Shown here: piece by piece, positions 28,777-42,200 of the stretch
Position numbering within the stretch: position 1 is the stretch's first letter
How the letters are laid out: each line of letters opens with the position of its first letter
From: an uncultured Gemmatimonadales bacterium
Lineage (GTDB): Bacteria > Gemmatimonadota > Gemmatimonadetes > Longimicrobiales > Gaopeijiaceae
Assembly: GCA_963809895.1 (NCBI GenBank)
Contig: CAWELD010000003.1
Location: 2,976,001-3,040,000 of the forward strand
Reading direction: 5' to 3'
DNA length: 64,000 nucleotides
Notes under the pieces: generated by a model
Told to the model about the DNA's origin: nothing
Databases searched by the model: none
The model's input: only the letters and a program-made list of their open reading frames with translations
Translations under genes and position numbers: made by a program

Positions 28777-30321
28777 ATGAAGCGTGCACGGATGCTGACG
28801 TTGAGCATCGCGACGTCGTTCCTCGTGGCCGTCCCGGCCGCAGCCCAACGCCCACCGCAGGGTGGCGGGGGCGGAGGGCAGTCCGAGGGCGTAGCGGCGA
28901 AGGAGAACGTCTCCACCACCCACCACACCGCCAACATCGGCGGCGAGCAGATCGCCTATACGGCCAACACCGGGACCATGGTCCTGCACGGACCCGACGG
29001 AGAGCCCCGGGCCACGGTCTTCTACATCGCCTACACGCGCGATGGGGAGGACGCCGCCGACCGCCCGGTGACCTTCTTCTTCAACGGGGGTCCGGGGTCG
29101 GCGTCCATCTGGCTGGACATGGGCATCATGAGCCCCAAGCACCCGGAGATGGGGCCCGAGGGCTCGCAGCCGGCGCCGCCCTATGCCCTGGTGGACAACC
29201 CCAACTCGCCTCTGGACGTGACCGATCTGGTCCAGGTGGACGCCATGATGACCGGCTATTCGCGGCCCGGCGAGGGCGTGCCGGCCTCGGACTACACGGG
29301 CCAGCGCAACGACATCGCCATGTTCGCCGAGTTCATCCGCGATTATCTGGACAAGTACGATCGCTGGGCCTCGCCCAAGTACCTGTTCGGCGAGAGCTAC
29401 GGCACCTTCCGCTCGGCCGGCCTCGCCAGCGAGCTGCAGGACGGCGAAGGCATCGAGCTGAACGGCATCATGCTCCTGGGCACCGTGCTGGACCTCGGTT
29501 ACATCGCGCCGTCGCCGACCAACGACATCGGCTACTCCAACTATCTGCCGACGTACACCGCCACGGCCTGGTACCACAAGAAGCTCCCGGCCGACCTTCA
29601 GAGCGAGAGCCTGGAAGACGTCGTGCAGCAGTCCCGGGACTACGCCTTCGGGGACTACATGACCGCGCTGGCCGCGGGCAACGCGCTGACGACGGCGGAA
29701 CGACGGGCGGTGGCCCAGAAGCTCGCCCGGCTCACCGGCGTATCGGAGGAGTTCATCCTCAACACCAACCTCCGCATCGACGCCGGGACGTACCGCACCG
29801 AGCTGCTCCGGGACCAGCGGGAGACGGTGGGCCGCTACGACAGTCGCATGATCGGCATCAACGGCAACGCGGCCAGCCAGCGCCAGGACTACGACCCGTC
29901 CGACGTGGCGCCGTCGAGCGCGTTCATGGCGGCCTTCATGCAATACCTGCACAACGACCTGGGCTTCCGCACCGACCTGCAGTACTACATGGGCGGGCAC
30001 ACCGGTCGCTGGGACTACGGCGGCGCCGGCTACGGGGGCTACCCGAACACGGTGGAGTCGCTGCGGCTGGCCATGGCCAAGGACCCCTATCTGCGGGTGA
30101 TGGTGGGATCCGGCTACTACGACATGGCCACGCCCTTCGCCAACGCGGAGTACACCTTCCGCCACATGGGCTTCGACCAGACCTACAAGGACCGGGTGGA
30201 GTTCACCTACTACGAGAGCGGGCACATGGCCTATCTGAACCAGGCCTCGGCCCGCAAGCTCAAGCAGGACATCACCAACTTCATCACCTCCACCAAGCAG
30301 CCGGCGACGGTGTCGCACTGA
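28777..30321 (+). CDS. Secreted S10 serine carboxypeptidase
   Basis: FNGGPGSAS, GESYG, GYYDMATP, YESGHMAY; GGAGA RBS. Confidence 0.92.
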   Translation: MKRARMLTLSIATSFLVAVPAAAQRPPQGGGGGGQSEGVAAKENVSTTHHTANIGGEQIAYTANTGTMVLHGPDGEPRATVFYIAYTRDGEDAADRPVTFFFNGGPGSASIWLDMGIMSPKHPEMGPEGSQPAPPYALVDNPNSPLDVTDLVQVDAMMTGYSRPGEGVPASDYTGQRNDIAMFAEFIRDYLDKYDRWASPKYLFGESYGTFRSAGLASELQDGEGIELNGIMLLGTVLDLGYIAPSPTNDIGYSNYLPTYTATAWYHKKLPADLQSESLEDVVQQSRDYAFGDYMTALAAGNALTTAERRAVAQKLARLTGVSEEFILNTNLRIDAGTYRTELLRDQRETVGRYDSRMIGINGNAASQRQDYDPSDVAPSSAFMAAFMQYLHNDLGFRTDLQYYMGGHTGRWDYGGAGYGGYPNTVESLRLAMAKDPYLRVMVGSGYYDMATPFANAEYTFRHMGFDQTYKDRVEFTYYESGHMAYLNQASARKLKQDITNFITSTKQPATVSH

Positions 30322-30330
30322 ATCGCGCGG

Positions 30331-30360
30331 GCGCGGCGCGGCCCATCGGTCGCGTCGCGC
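30331..30360. terminator. GC-rich hairpin between convergent genes
   Basis: GCGCGGCGCGGCC-CATC-GGTCGCGTCGCGC, 13-bp stem with G.U pairs; no U-tract. Confidence 0.5.
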
Positions 30361-30424
30361 CGCGGCGTGCGGGGCCGGGCGCGCGTGCTGCCGGCCCAGC
30401 TCCGACGTGGGAGGACGCCTCCGC

Positions 30425-31024
30425 TCAGGAACCCGGCGTGTCTCTCGCCGACTCCTCTCCCTGGTACGCGAGGGCGTGCAACAGATACGCCCGGGCCCGC
30501 GCCCATTCGCGCTCCACGGTGCGAGAAGACGTGCCCAGGGCGGCCGCGGTCTCGGGCACGGTCATCCCCCCGAAATACCGGCACTCGACGATGCGGGACA
30601 TGCGCTGGCTCTTGGCCTCGAGCTTCAGGAGCGCGTCCTCGACGGCCAGGATGTCGGCGATGTCCGCGTCCACGGCGGCGGTGTTCTCGTCGAGCGGGAC
30701 CTGCACCCGCGTGCCGCCACGCTTCTCCGCGTGACGTTTTCGGGCGAAGTCGATGAGGATCCGGCGCATGGCCTTCGAGCAGAAGGCGAAGAACTGCGCC
30801 TTGCCGCGGCGACTCCACGAGTCGAGGCCCGCCAGTTTGACGTAGGCTTCGTGGACCAGGACGGTCGTATCCAGGATCTCGTCACGACCTACGCGAGCCA
30901 GGTGCCGGTGCGCCATCTGGCGAAGGTCGTCATAGACGAGCTCGATGAGGCGGTCGAAGGCCTCCTCCTCTCCCTCGCTCCACCGCGATACGAGGCGGGT
31001 GATCTCGCTGGCTTCCTGGCTCAT
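30425..31024 (-). CDS. ECF sigma factor of the Ser/Thr-kinase-associated type
   Basis: EITRLV...LVYDDLRQMAH...DTTVLVHEAYVKL...AMRRILIDFAR...AEKRGG...VECRYFGG...TVEREWARARAYL. Confidence 0.92.
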   Translation of the reverse strand: MSQEASEITRLVSRWSEGEEEAFDRLIELVYDDLRQMAHRHLARVGRDEILDTTVLVHEAYVKLAGLDSWSRRGKAQFFAFCSKAMRRILIDFARKRHAEKRGGTRVQVPLDENTAAVDADIADILAVEDALLKLEAKSQRMSRIVECRYFGGMTVPETAAALGTSSRTVEREWARARAYLLHALAYQGEESARDTPGS

Positions 31025-31151
31025 GGTAGATCAAGGTACTGGCTTCCATTTCTCGCCGCGAAGCGACTCGCTCGGTAGCTTGTGACGTGTGGATGGCGTG
31101 GGTGACGGCCGGCCCCCGCCACGGACCCTCCCCCAGCGGCCCGTCGAGCCC

Positions 31152-33770
31152 GTGGATCGCGAATCCCTCTGGAACCGATGGGATGAGATCGATGGCCTTC
31201 TCGAGCAGGCGCTCGAGCGGCCAGTCGAGGAGCGCGACGCCTTCCTGACGAGGGCGTGCGCCGACGATCCCGAGCTGCTTCGGATTCTCCGAACCCTGGT
31301 CGGGGCCGCGCGCCGCGAAGGCGGCCCCGACCCGCCGGGCCCCGCTCTCCTCGGCGCCGCTCTGGGGGGCGACGGCCGGGAGGAGCACGCCGACGCCCTG
31401 CTCGGGGCCACCGTGGGCCCCTATCGCCTGGTGGGAATCCTGGGAACCGGTGGAATGGGCGTGGTCTATCTCGCAGAGCGCGCGGACGGCGTCTTCGAGC
31501 GACAGGTCGCCGTCAAGGTGCTCCACCGCTCCCTCGACGCGCCCGACATCCGCCACCGCTTCAGGCTCGAGCGCCAGATCCTGGCGTCTCTCAACCACCC
31601 GGGCATCGCCCAGATGATCGACGGGGGCGTCACCGACGACGGGCGGCCCTACCTGGTGATGGAGCACGTCGAGGGAATCCCCATCGACCGATACGCCGAC
31701 GGGCGGGGCCTGACCATCGATGAGCGCATCCGGCTGGTGATCGCCACGGCCGACGCCGTGGAGTACGCCCACCGCCACATGGTCATCCACCGGGACCTCA
31801 AGCCCAGCAACATCCTCGTGACCGACGAGGGCCGGGTGAAGCTCCTGGACTTCGGGATCGCCAAGCTGTTGGCGGACCGAGAGGAGGCCGAGGCGCTGAC
31901 ACGGCCCGGGGCCCGTTTCGTCACACCCGAGTACGCGGCCCCCGAGCAGCTCCTGGGCGAGCCCATGACGACGCAGAGCGATGTCTACGCCCTGACGGTG
32001 CTCCTCTTCCAGCTTCTCACGGGCGTGCTTCCCTACTCCCGCCGCGGCCCAGACTCGGTCCTGGAACGGGTGATCCGGGGAGCCGAGCCCACGGCTCCGT
32101 CCGAAGCCGTCCGGCGTCTGTCCGAGCCGGAGGCCACAGCGGAGGTCGGCGACTCCGTCTTCAAGGCACGGAGCACGACGGCGGCGGCGCTGCGGCGCAC
32201 GTTGGACGGTGATCTGGACGCCATCCTGCTCCATGGACTCCGCAGCCGACCCGAAGACCGCTACGGGTCGGCGGCCGCGCTGCGCGACGACCTGGAGCGC
32301 TATCTCTCCGGCGCGGCGGTTACGGTACGGGGCGACCTCATCCTCTATCGGGCCCGCAAGTTCGCGCGCCGCCATCGGGTGTCGGTGGGTGCCGCCGCTG
32401 CGCTGTTCCTGGTGGTCACGGGCTCCGCCGTCGGCCTGGGCCTGCAGCGCCGGGCGGTGGTGGCCGAGCGCAACCGTGCCGAGGCGGCGGCCGCCGCCGC
32501 GAGCCGTGAAGCCGAGACCTCGCGCCAGGTCACCGCGTTCCTGGTGGGGCTCTTCAAGGGCAGCGACCCCCGGGAGCAGTTGGGAGACACGGTCACGGCC
32601 CGCGCCCTTCTCGAGCGGGGCGCCGCTCGTGTGGACGTCGAGCTCGCGGACCAGCCGGCGGTCCGGGTCGCGCTGCTGGAGGCGCTGGGGCAGGTGTACA
32701 CCAACCTCGGATCGTACGACCGCGCAACCGAGCTCCTTCAGGAGGCCACCGTTCTGCGTCGGGATTCCATCGAGGGACGCCCGGGGTTGGCCGCGAGCAT
32801 GCTGCTCCTGGCCGACGCGCAGCGCATGGCGCGGGCGTATCGGGACGCGCGTGAGACCTATGGTGCGGCGATTCGTCATGCTCTGGAGTCGGCCGACAGC
32901 GCGACCCTGGGCCTGGCACGCCTGGGACTCGGGGCGACCTTCGTGATGATGGAGCAGCCCGATTCGGCCGAGACGGAGCTGCAGGCGGGCCTGGATCTAC
33001 TGACGGCGACCGACGCCCGCGACGAGACCGTATCTCTCAACGCGCAGACGACGCTGGCGGGGCTCCTTCGGCGCAAGGGAGATCTGGAAGGCTCCGAGCG
33101 GCTCTACCGCTCCGTCGCCGCGCGCCGCCGAGCCATGGAGCCCAGGGACCCGGTGGCGCTGGCCACCGTCCTCAACAACCTCGCGGTCTTGCGGCGCCGA
33201 CAGGGAGACCTCGCCGGAGCGGCCTCGCTCTACCGCGAAGCCATGGACCTCGACGCCGCCGTGCTCGGACCCGGCCACCCGACCTCGCTCATGCTCGCGG
33301 GCAACCTCGCCGGGACCTTGAGCGCCCAGGGCCGTTGGGACGAGAGCCTGGCCGTCTACCGCGCTCGCGTGGACGCCGCGCGTGAGCGCTGGCCCGACGG
33401 CCACTGGCAGACGGCGTCGGCACTCATGAATCTCGGCGCGGCGCTGGTCACGAACGACCGCCCCGCCGACGCGCTTTCTCCGCTGTCCGAGGCCGTGGAC
33501 ATGGCCATCGAGCAGATGGGCGCGCGCCACAGCTGGACCAACGTCTACCGGGGGTGGCTCGGATCAGCGGCGGCGCTCACCGGGCGCGCCGAGGCTGCGG
33601 ACCAACTGTTCCAGTGGAGTCTGGAAGGGCTGTCCAGCTACGAGGGGCTCGGGAGCGATCAGACCGTGAAATCGATGCTCGAGTCCCTGATCCGGACCCT
33701 GGACGCCAAGGGCCTCGCCACGCAGGTGACGGACTACCGAGCGATTCTGGAGGCGGCGGGGGGGCCCTGA
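31152..33770 (+). CDS. Membrane Ser/Thr protein kinase with C-terminal TPRs
   Basis: GTGGMGVV, VAVK, HRDLKPSN, DFGIAK, TPEYAAPE; TM helix; TPRs; GTG start 31152 (or 31089). Confidence 0.92.
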   Translation: MDRESLWNRWDEIDGLLEQALERPVEERDAFLTRACADDPELLRILRTLVGAARREGGPDPPGPALLGAALGGDGREEHADALLGATVGPYRLVGILGTGGMGVVYLAERADGVFERQVAVKVLHRSLDAPDIRHRFRLERQILASLNHPGIAQMIDGGVTDDGRPYLVMEHVEGIPIDRYADGRGLTIDERIRLVIATADAVEYAHRHMVIHRDLKPSNILVTDEGRVKLLDFGIAKLLADREEAEALTRPGARFVTPEYAAPEQLLGEPMTTQSDVYALTVLLFQLLTGVLPYSRRGPDSVLERVIRGAEPTAPSEAVRRLSEPEATAEVGDSVFKARSTTAAALRRTLDGDLDAILLHGLRSRPEDRYGSAAALRDDLERYLSGAAVTVRGDLILYRARKFARRHRVSVGAAAALFLVVTGSAVGLGLQRRAVVAERNRAEAAAAAASREAETSRQVTAFLVGLFKGSDPREQLGDTVTARALLERGAARVDVELADQPAVRVALLEALGQVYTNLGSYDRATELLQEATVLRRDSIEGRPGLAASMLLLADAQRMARAYRDARETYGAAIRHALESADSATLGLARLGLGATFVMMEQPDSAETELQAGLDLLTATDARDETVSLNAQTTLAGLLRRKGDLEGSERLYRSVAARRRAMEPRDPVALATVLNNLAVLRRRQGDLAGAASLYREAMDLDAAVLGPGHPTSLMLAGNLAGTLSAQGRWDESLAVYRARVDAARERWPDGHWQTASALMNLGAALVTNDRPADALSPLSEAVDMAIEQMGARHSWTNVYRGWLGSAAALTGRAEAADQLFQWSLEGLSSYEGLGSDQTVKSMLESLIRTLDAKGLATQVTDYRAILEAAGGP

Positions 33771-33822
33771 ACCGTCGCCCGAGCGCTGGCCTCACGGGCC
33801 TCGGGGTACCTTCGGGCGGCAG

Positions 33823-35130
33823 TCACCCGCTCCGCTCCGCCAGCACCGAGCCGTACGGATGGAACCCCGCCCGCCGTGCCACCGCCCACCCCACCACCAC
33901 CCCGGCGGCCTGCACCAGCAGATCGGTGGAATCCAACAAGCGCCCCGCCACCAGCACCTGGCTCAGCTCGGTTGCCGCCGCCAGGTAGACCCCGGGCCAG
34001 AACAGCCCCAGGAATCCGCGGCGCCTCAGCGGCCAGACGGCCAGCAGAGCTCCCAGCGGCAGATACAAGAAGAAGGGCGACACCACGTCCACCACGCTGA
34101 ACATATCCACCCGCGCTCCCAGGAACCGCAGCGGAATCCACCACTTGTCGGTGAGCTTGCCCACGACTGCGGCCCATGACGTCTCGGGCGTGTACGGTCG
34201 CAGCGCCCACAGCAGCAGGACGGGCGCGTAGATCGCCAGGAGCCACACCGGCCGCTGGGACCCCCGTAGTCGTCTGGTCGCCCTCGGCAGGCCCCACGCC
34301 GCCAGGGCGCCGCCCGCGGCGACGCCGCCCGCGTGTGCCACCACCGCGCCCAGCTCCAGCGGCAAGCCCAGAAAGCCGTGGAGGAATTCCACCAGGACGG
34401 CCAGTCCGGCACCACCCAGCGCGACGGCACCCGCGCTCCGACGGTAGCTCCAGCCCGTCTCGGCCAGCGCCGCCACCGCGAACGCGCCGGCCGGGGCGAA
34501 CAGCAGCACGTCGGTGAAGGGGATGCGCGTGAGCGAGCTCCACTCGAACATGGACCAGACGACACGGAAGCGCCCGAGGGGACCACCCCACACATTGGGC
34601 CGGAGCTCCTGGCGGAAGAGCGGCGTGAACGCCTCGCCGGCGCACGAGATCCCGTAGCTCGCGGCGAAAGCCAGCGCGGGAATCCCCACGAAGGACCGCC
34701 CGCCCCGGCGCCGCGCGGCGAGCACCACCAGAGCGACCAGTCCCAGCGCGCCCACCAGTGCTCCCAGTGTGTTGCTCACCACGTCCAGCACGCTGGCCGT
34801 CCGCGTCGGCGAGAACAGCTGGGCGACCTCGACGAAGGTGCTGATGAGCGCGCCCGACAGCACCGCGTTGCGAAGGGCGACCGCACTCCGGCCGGCGGGC
34901 GCGGTGACCATCCACACCAGCCCCCACCCGGCGAACAGCGCGACGTTGCGGGCGCCGTCGATCACGTCCCGCGGCGAGAACGACGGGTGCAGCATGCGCC
35001 GCAATCCCGCCACGCTGCCCAGACTGAGGTCCAGACGCATGGACGACAGCGTCGCCAACAGGAGGAGCCCCAGATAGGCGAGCCTGGTAGGCAGACGGCT
35101 CCGTTCGAGTTGTCGGGCGAGATCGGCCAT
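33823..35130 (-). CDS. Membrane protein with repeated VanZ-like domains
   Basis: NVALFAGWG...VEVAQLFSPTRTASVLDVVSNTLG and LYLPLG...TELSQVLVAGRLLDSTDL. Confidence 0.78.
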   Translation of the reverse strand: MADLARQLERSRLPTRLAYLGLLLLATLSSMRLDLSLGSVAGLRRMLHPSFSPRDVIDGARNVALFAGWGLVWMVTAPAGRSAVALRNAVLSGALISTFVEVAQLFSPTRTASVLDVVSNTLGALVGALGLVALVVLAARRRGGRSFVGIPALAFAASYGISCAGEAFTPLFRQELRPNVWGGPLGRFRVVWSMFEWSSLTRIPFTDVLLFAPAGAFAVAALAETGWSYRRSAGAVALGGAGLAVLVEFLHGFLGLPLELGAVVAHAGGVAAGGALAAWGLPRATRRLRGSQRPVWLLAIYAPVLLLWALRPYTPETSWAAVVGKLTDKWWIPLRFLGARVDMFSVVDVVSPFFLYLPLGALLAVWPLRRRGFLGLFWPGVYLAAATELSQVLVAGRLLDSTDLLVQAAGVVVGWAVARRAGFHPYGSVLAERSG

Positions 35131-35148
35131 GGAGATCAGGCGGTCACA

Positions 35149-35183
35149 CCGCCGGGGGCGGCCCGAACGGGCTCCCCCGGCGG
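35149..35183 (-). terminator. Hairpin downstream of icd
   Basis: CCGCCGGGGG...CCCCCGGCGG with inner GCCCG/CGGGC. Confidence 0.5.
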
Positions 35184-35193
35184 CGCGCCGGCG

Positions 35194-37419
<2,226 letters not shown>

Positions 37420-37618
37420 GGAGTTCGCTGTTGTGAGGGCTCGATTCGTGGCGTGAGAGGGAGCCGCCAGCGGGCCACGTAATGTAGCAGGTCGGGCGGG
37501 CCGTCGCGGGGGCGCCCGCCGCACCTGTCCGGGAACCGCACCGGGCCGTATCGTCCCAGAATCGACGACGGGATCCGCCCACGGGTCCCCGGAGACGCAC
37601 CGACGGCCGGGAGGGCGC

Positions 37619-38473
37619 ATGCGCTGGCGCCAGAGCAGGCAGAGTGGAAACGTCGAGGATCGACGCGGACGGCGCGTCGCCGGCGGCGTGAAGATCGGCG
37701 GAGCGGGCCTGGTGATCCTGGTCGCGGTGATGCTCCTCGGAGGAGACCCCAGCCAGGTGCTGCAAGTCCTGGAGGGCACCGGAGGCGGGGCCGCCGTCCC
37801 TGAAGAGCCCGCAGGACCCCCCCAGGACGAGACGGGCCGTTTCCTGAGCGCGGTCCTGGGGATGACCGAGGACGTGTGGAGCGAGATCTTCGCCGAGGCC
37901 GGCGCACGGTATCGGCCTCCCACCATGGTGCTCTTCACCGACGCCGTGCAGTCGGCGTGCGGTCTCAGCAGCGCCGCCACCGGTCCCTTCTACTGTCCCG
38001 GTGACGAGAAGCTCTACCTGGACACGGGATTCTTCGCCGAGCTGGCCGCCATGGGCGGTCCGGGCGATTTCGCCCAGGCCTACGTCATCGGCCACGAGGT
38101 GGGGCACCACGTGCAGAACCTCACGGGCACCTTCGATCGCGTGCGCCGCCTGCAGGACCGGGCGGGAAGTCAGGCCGAGGCCAACCGGCTACAGGTCCTC
38201 ACCGAGCTCCAGGCCGATTGCTATGCCGGCGTCTGGGCCTACCACGCGAATGCCCGGGCGCACGTCCTGGAGGAGGGCGACGTGGACGAGGGCCTGGCCG
38301 CTGCCGCCGCCATCGGCGACGACCGACTCCAGTCCCGCGCCGGACGCGAAGTCGCTCCCGAGTCCTTCACCCACGGCACCTCGGCCGAGCGGCAGCGGTG
38401 GCTGCGCGTGGGGATCACGAGCGGCAGCGTGGACCGCTGCGACACCTTCGCCGAGACCAGAAGGGGGCCGTAG
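37619..38473 (+). CDS. YpfJ-like neutral zinc metallopeptidase
   Basis: [44 protein letters not shown]. Confidence 0.92.
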   Translation: MRWRQSRQSGNVEDRRGRRVAGGVKIGGAGLVILVAVMLLGGDPSQVLQVLEGTGGGAAVPEEPAGPPQDETGRFLSAVLGMTEDVWSEIFAEAGARYRPPTMVLFTDAVQSACGLSSAATGPFYCPGDEKLYLDTGFFAELAAMGGPGDFAQAYVIGHEVGHHVQNLTGTFDRVRRLQDRAGSQAEANRLQVLTELQADCYAGVWAYHANARAHVLEEGDVDEGLAAAAAIGDDRLQSRAGREVAPESFTHGTSAERQRWLRVGITSGSVDRCDTFAETRRGP

Positions 38474-38550
38474 CTCCGCGATGGTTTCTCACCACCGTGG
38501 GCTTCACGTCGGTGGCCTGCGACTCCACCCTGGATCGGGTCAGCAGGCTC

Positions 38551-39237
38551 CTACACGAGCCTCTCGCGCAGCGCGCGCCCCACGGCCTCGGCCACGTTGT
38601 TCACCTGAAGCTTCCGGTAGACGGCCCTGATATGGGACCGCACGGTGTCGATGCTGATGTCGAGAACGCGGGCCACGGCCTTGTAGCTCATCCCCTGGAC
38701 CAGGCATGACAGGACCTCTCGCTCGCGGGGCGTGAGCTCGACTTCGTCCGGCGAGCCAGCGGCCGCGGGCCCAAGCTGCCGCACGATCTCCAGCACGGTG
38801 CGAGCGACGCCCGCAGACAGGGGCGATCCCCCAGCCATCACCGAGCGGAGCTGCGCCAACAGGTCCTGGGCGGGCACCCGCTTCAGCAGGTAGCCGTCCG
38901 CGCCCGCCGAGATCGCCTCCACCAGCCGGGCCCGATCCTCGAACACGGTCAGGACCACGACGGCGACCTCGGGCAATATGGTCTTGATCCGGCGAGTGCA
39001 TTCGATTCCGGTCATGCCCGGCAGCTCCAGGTCCATGAGCACCAGATCAGGAACCGCGTGGTCTGCGCCGGTCCTCTGGGCGCGGGCGATCGTGGCCAGG
39101 GCCGCGGCGGGATCCGGAAACGACCCCGCAATGGTGAAGCTCGTGGCATGGTCAAGCAGCTTCTCGAGACTGGCGCGATAGCGCGCGTCGTCCTCGATGG
39201 TGACGACACGGACGGGTGTCTCGGTTGGCGGCGACAT
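38551..39237 (-). CDS. NarL/LuxR-family response regulator
   Basis: IEDD, LMDLELPG, GADGYLLK, LTPREREVL...TVRSHIRAVYRKL. Confidence 0.93.
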   Translation of the reverse strand: MSPPTETPVRVVTIEDDARYRASLEKLLDHATSFTIAGSFPDPAAALATIARAQRTGADHAVPDLVLMDLELPGMTGIECTRRIKTILPEVAVVVLTVFEDRARLVEAISAGADGYLLKRVPAQDLLAQLRSVMAGGSPLSAGVARTVLEIVRQLGPAAAGSPDEVELTPREREVLSCLVQGMSYKAVARVLDISIDTVRSHIRAVYRKLQVNNVAEAVGRALRERLV

Positions 39238-39255
39238 GCGTCGCAATCTGACCCT

Positions 39256-42200
39256 TCAGCGGGCGTGGGGCGCTCGCATGATCATGCGAGTCAAGCCACG
39301 GGCGCTGGCGAGAAGGCGGCGGACCAGGCCGACGTCCGGACCACCCTCGGGATGGAAGCGGACCGTCACCGTGGTACCGTGGGCGCGGTCACCGGTCACC
39401 GTCAACGTGGCCGCGATTTCCTCCGCGCGGCGAGCCATGCCGTCGAGTCCATGGCCGCGGTTCGGGACGGCGCTGTCGTACGCCTCCGTCGTCAGACCGG
39501 CGCCGTCGTCGCGCACCGTGAGCTCCCAGGCCTGACGACCGCTCGGCAAGAACGACAGGTCCACATGTCGGGCGCCGGAGTGCCGGGCGGCGTTGTGCAA
39601 CGCCTCGAGCCCGATGAGGAGCACGTTCCGCCGGACCGCGACCTCTGAACGCACGGAAGGCCACTCGTCGGGAAAGCGCGCCTGGAAGAGCGCCCCGTCG
39701 GCGAAGAGGCGTTCCCCGTGCTCGGCCAAGCGCGTGGCGAGTTCCTCCAGGGTGGCGGTGCGGGGGTCCAGCGACCAGACGATGTCCGACAGACTATGCC
39801 CCAGCTCCTCCGCCACGTCGGCGATCTCCCGGGCTGTCCGCCGGCGCTCCTCGCCTCTCAGATCGCCTTCCGCGATGACGCCCGAAAGGATCCCCACGCT
39901 CGCCAGGCCCGAGCCGACCTGATCGTGCAGATCCATGGCGATGCGGGTGCGCTGTCGCTCGAGGCCCAGGAGGTACCCCACCCGAGCGCGGTAGATGAGC
40001 ATGGCCACACCCGTGACTGTGAGGCTCATCAGTCCAATGAACCACCATGTGCCATACCACGGCGGCTGCACGATGAACGAGAATCGCGCCGCGGTCGACG
40101 ACCAGACGACGCCATCGTGCGACGCGCGGTACTCCACCTGGTAGCTCCCGGCCGGCAGGTCGACCCAGCGATAGAACGGCGCGCTACCGGACTCGGACCA
40201 GGGCCGATCCGGCCCCAGACGAACCTCCTGTCGCAGGCCGGTCCGATCGCGGAAGGAGAGCGCGGCAAAGCGTAATTCAAGGCGGTTCCGTTCGTGGGGG
40301 AGGATCAGGGACCGGTCCAGTGGGAACGGTTGACCGTCGACGCGTCCGTCCACCAGCGCGACAGGCGGAACGGGTGGGGTGTCGAACCGAGCTGCGACTG
40401 GAACGCGCGCCACCCCCCGGTTCGTGGCGAGCCAGATGTCGCCGTCCTCGCTCTCCACCAGATCGCTCGCACCGCCTGGGGGCACTCCCTGCCATGCCGA
40501 AAGCTCCTCCAGCACCTCCACGCCGCTCTCCCCTGAGGGCCGAGCCCGGAGAACTCCGGCACCGACGATCCATATGCCACCCCGCCGCGAGGGCACGACC
40601 TTGAACACGGTGCGCGTCGGGAACCCATCGATGAGCACGGGCGTCCACCGCTGGCCATCGAAGGCGTACAAACCCGACTGATCCGCTGACGCCCACAGAC
40701 GCCCGTCCGGGAGTTCGACCATGCTCGTGAGTTTCGCGGAGCCTGGCCCGTGCGCGCACGACCACGCGGAGTCGCGCTGGGCGAGGAGCGCGGCGCCTTG
40801 CGCGTGACACAGCCAGAGGCCGGCGCGGAGCCACAGCCGGTCGTGGCTGTCCTGAAGCAGCGCCATGTGCGGATCCTGCGAACCGGGCATGGGTTGCGGG
40901 AAGACGCGCTGGCCTTCCCGTCGACCGTGAACGTAGATCACCTGAGTAGGTGTGCCCAGCCACATGCCACCGTCCCGACCCTGCGTGCATCCGTCTACCT
41001 GCCCCGCCGGCAGGTCGGCTCTCGGCGTCACGGCCGTACCGTGAATCTCCAGGATCAATCCGTCGTCGGTCGCCGTCCACGCCGTCCCATCCTGTTCCGT
41101 ACAGATCCTCGACCGGCTCTCCCAGGTGGGGCCGTCGACCCGCCATCCCTCCTCCTCCCGGCGAATGGTATTCGGTCGGCCCCAGGTCATGACCCACAGC
41201 GTGTTCTCGCTGCGGGCCAGGAAACGGGTGTGCCGCGAACTCAACCCCTCCCGCTCGGAGAGAAGCCACGTGTCCGGCTCCGGGTACTGGTGGAGCCCGA
41301 TATAGGAGCCCAGCCAGAGGCTTCCCTCGCGGTCCACGAGCAGGGGTCCGCCCGACTCCAGTCCCTGCGCTGTCCCCATGACCTCCAGCTCTCCTCCCGG
41401 CCGCAGGGCGGCGAGAAAGCGGTCCACCGCCACCCAGACCGTGCCGCGCCGCTCGACGAGTCCGATGGCACGAGATTCCCACAACGGACCGGGGTCCGGA
41501 AGGAGTTCCCGCTCACCGGTCTCCGACACCTCGACGACCCGCGGGGACCGGAGCGACGTGACGTTGACGAGGATCAGGATTCGGCCGGCCTCGGGCTCCA
41601 CGGCGTCGGTGATGACGGCACCCTCGAAGAGGCGCTCCGGCGCCGAGTCCGACCGTACCCGCCACAGTCCTTCCCACGTGGCCACGAGGGCGCCACCGAA
41701 TCGGGTGGGTGCCACGAGGCGGGGGATCTCACCGCCGAAGGCTTCCGGCGCCAGGGAATCCCAGCCGTTTGACGACCGATAGACGACCATGTCCCCATAC
41801 AGCATCCACAGCGTCCCCTCGTTGCTCCAGGCCAGGGAGCCGTCGGCCCGCACCTCCTGCTCGCTCGGGGGCCAGGGCATGGGCACCGCTCGCACGCCGC
41901 TGCCGGTCACCTCGTACAGTCGGCCCTCGCCGTCCACGGCGGCCACGCGACCCTCCACCGAAACCGCCAGGTCCCGTACCGGGATGCCGATCTCCTGAGG
42001 AGCCCAGGGTCGGATTTCGCTGCCGTCGAAGCGATACAGTCCGCCCTCGGCGCCGATCCAGATGAACCCCAGACTATCCTGAACCAGCGCCCACACGGGC
42101 GGCGCCTTCAGACCGTTTTCCTGCGCGAATGTGCGCATGAATCGGTCCTGGCCCGAGAGCGGGTCGGGGTAGGCCGCCAGGTACGCGACCTCGACCCACA

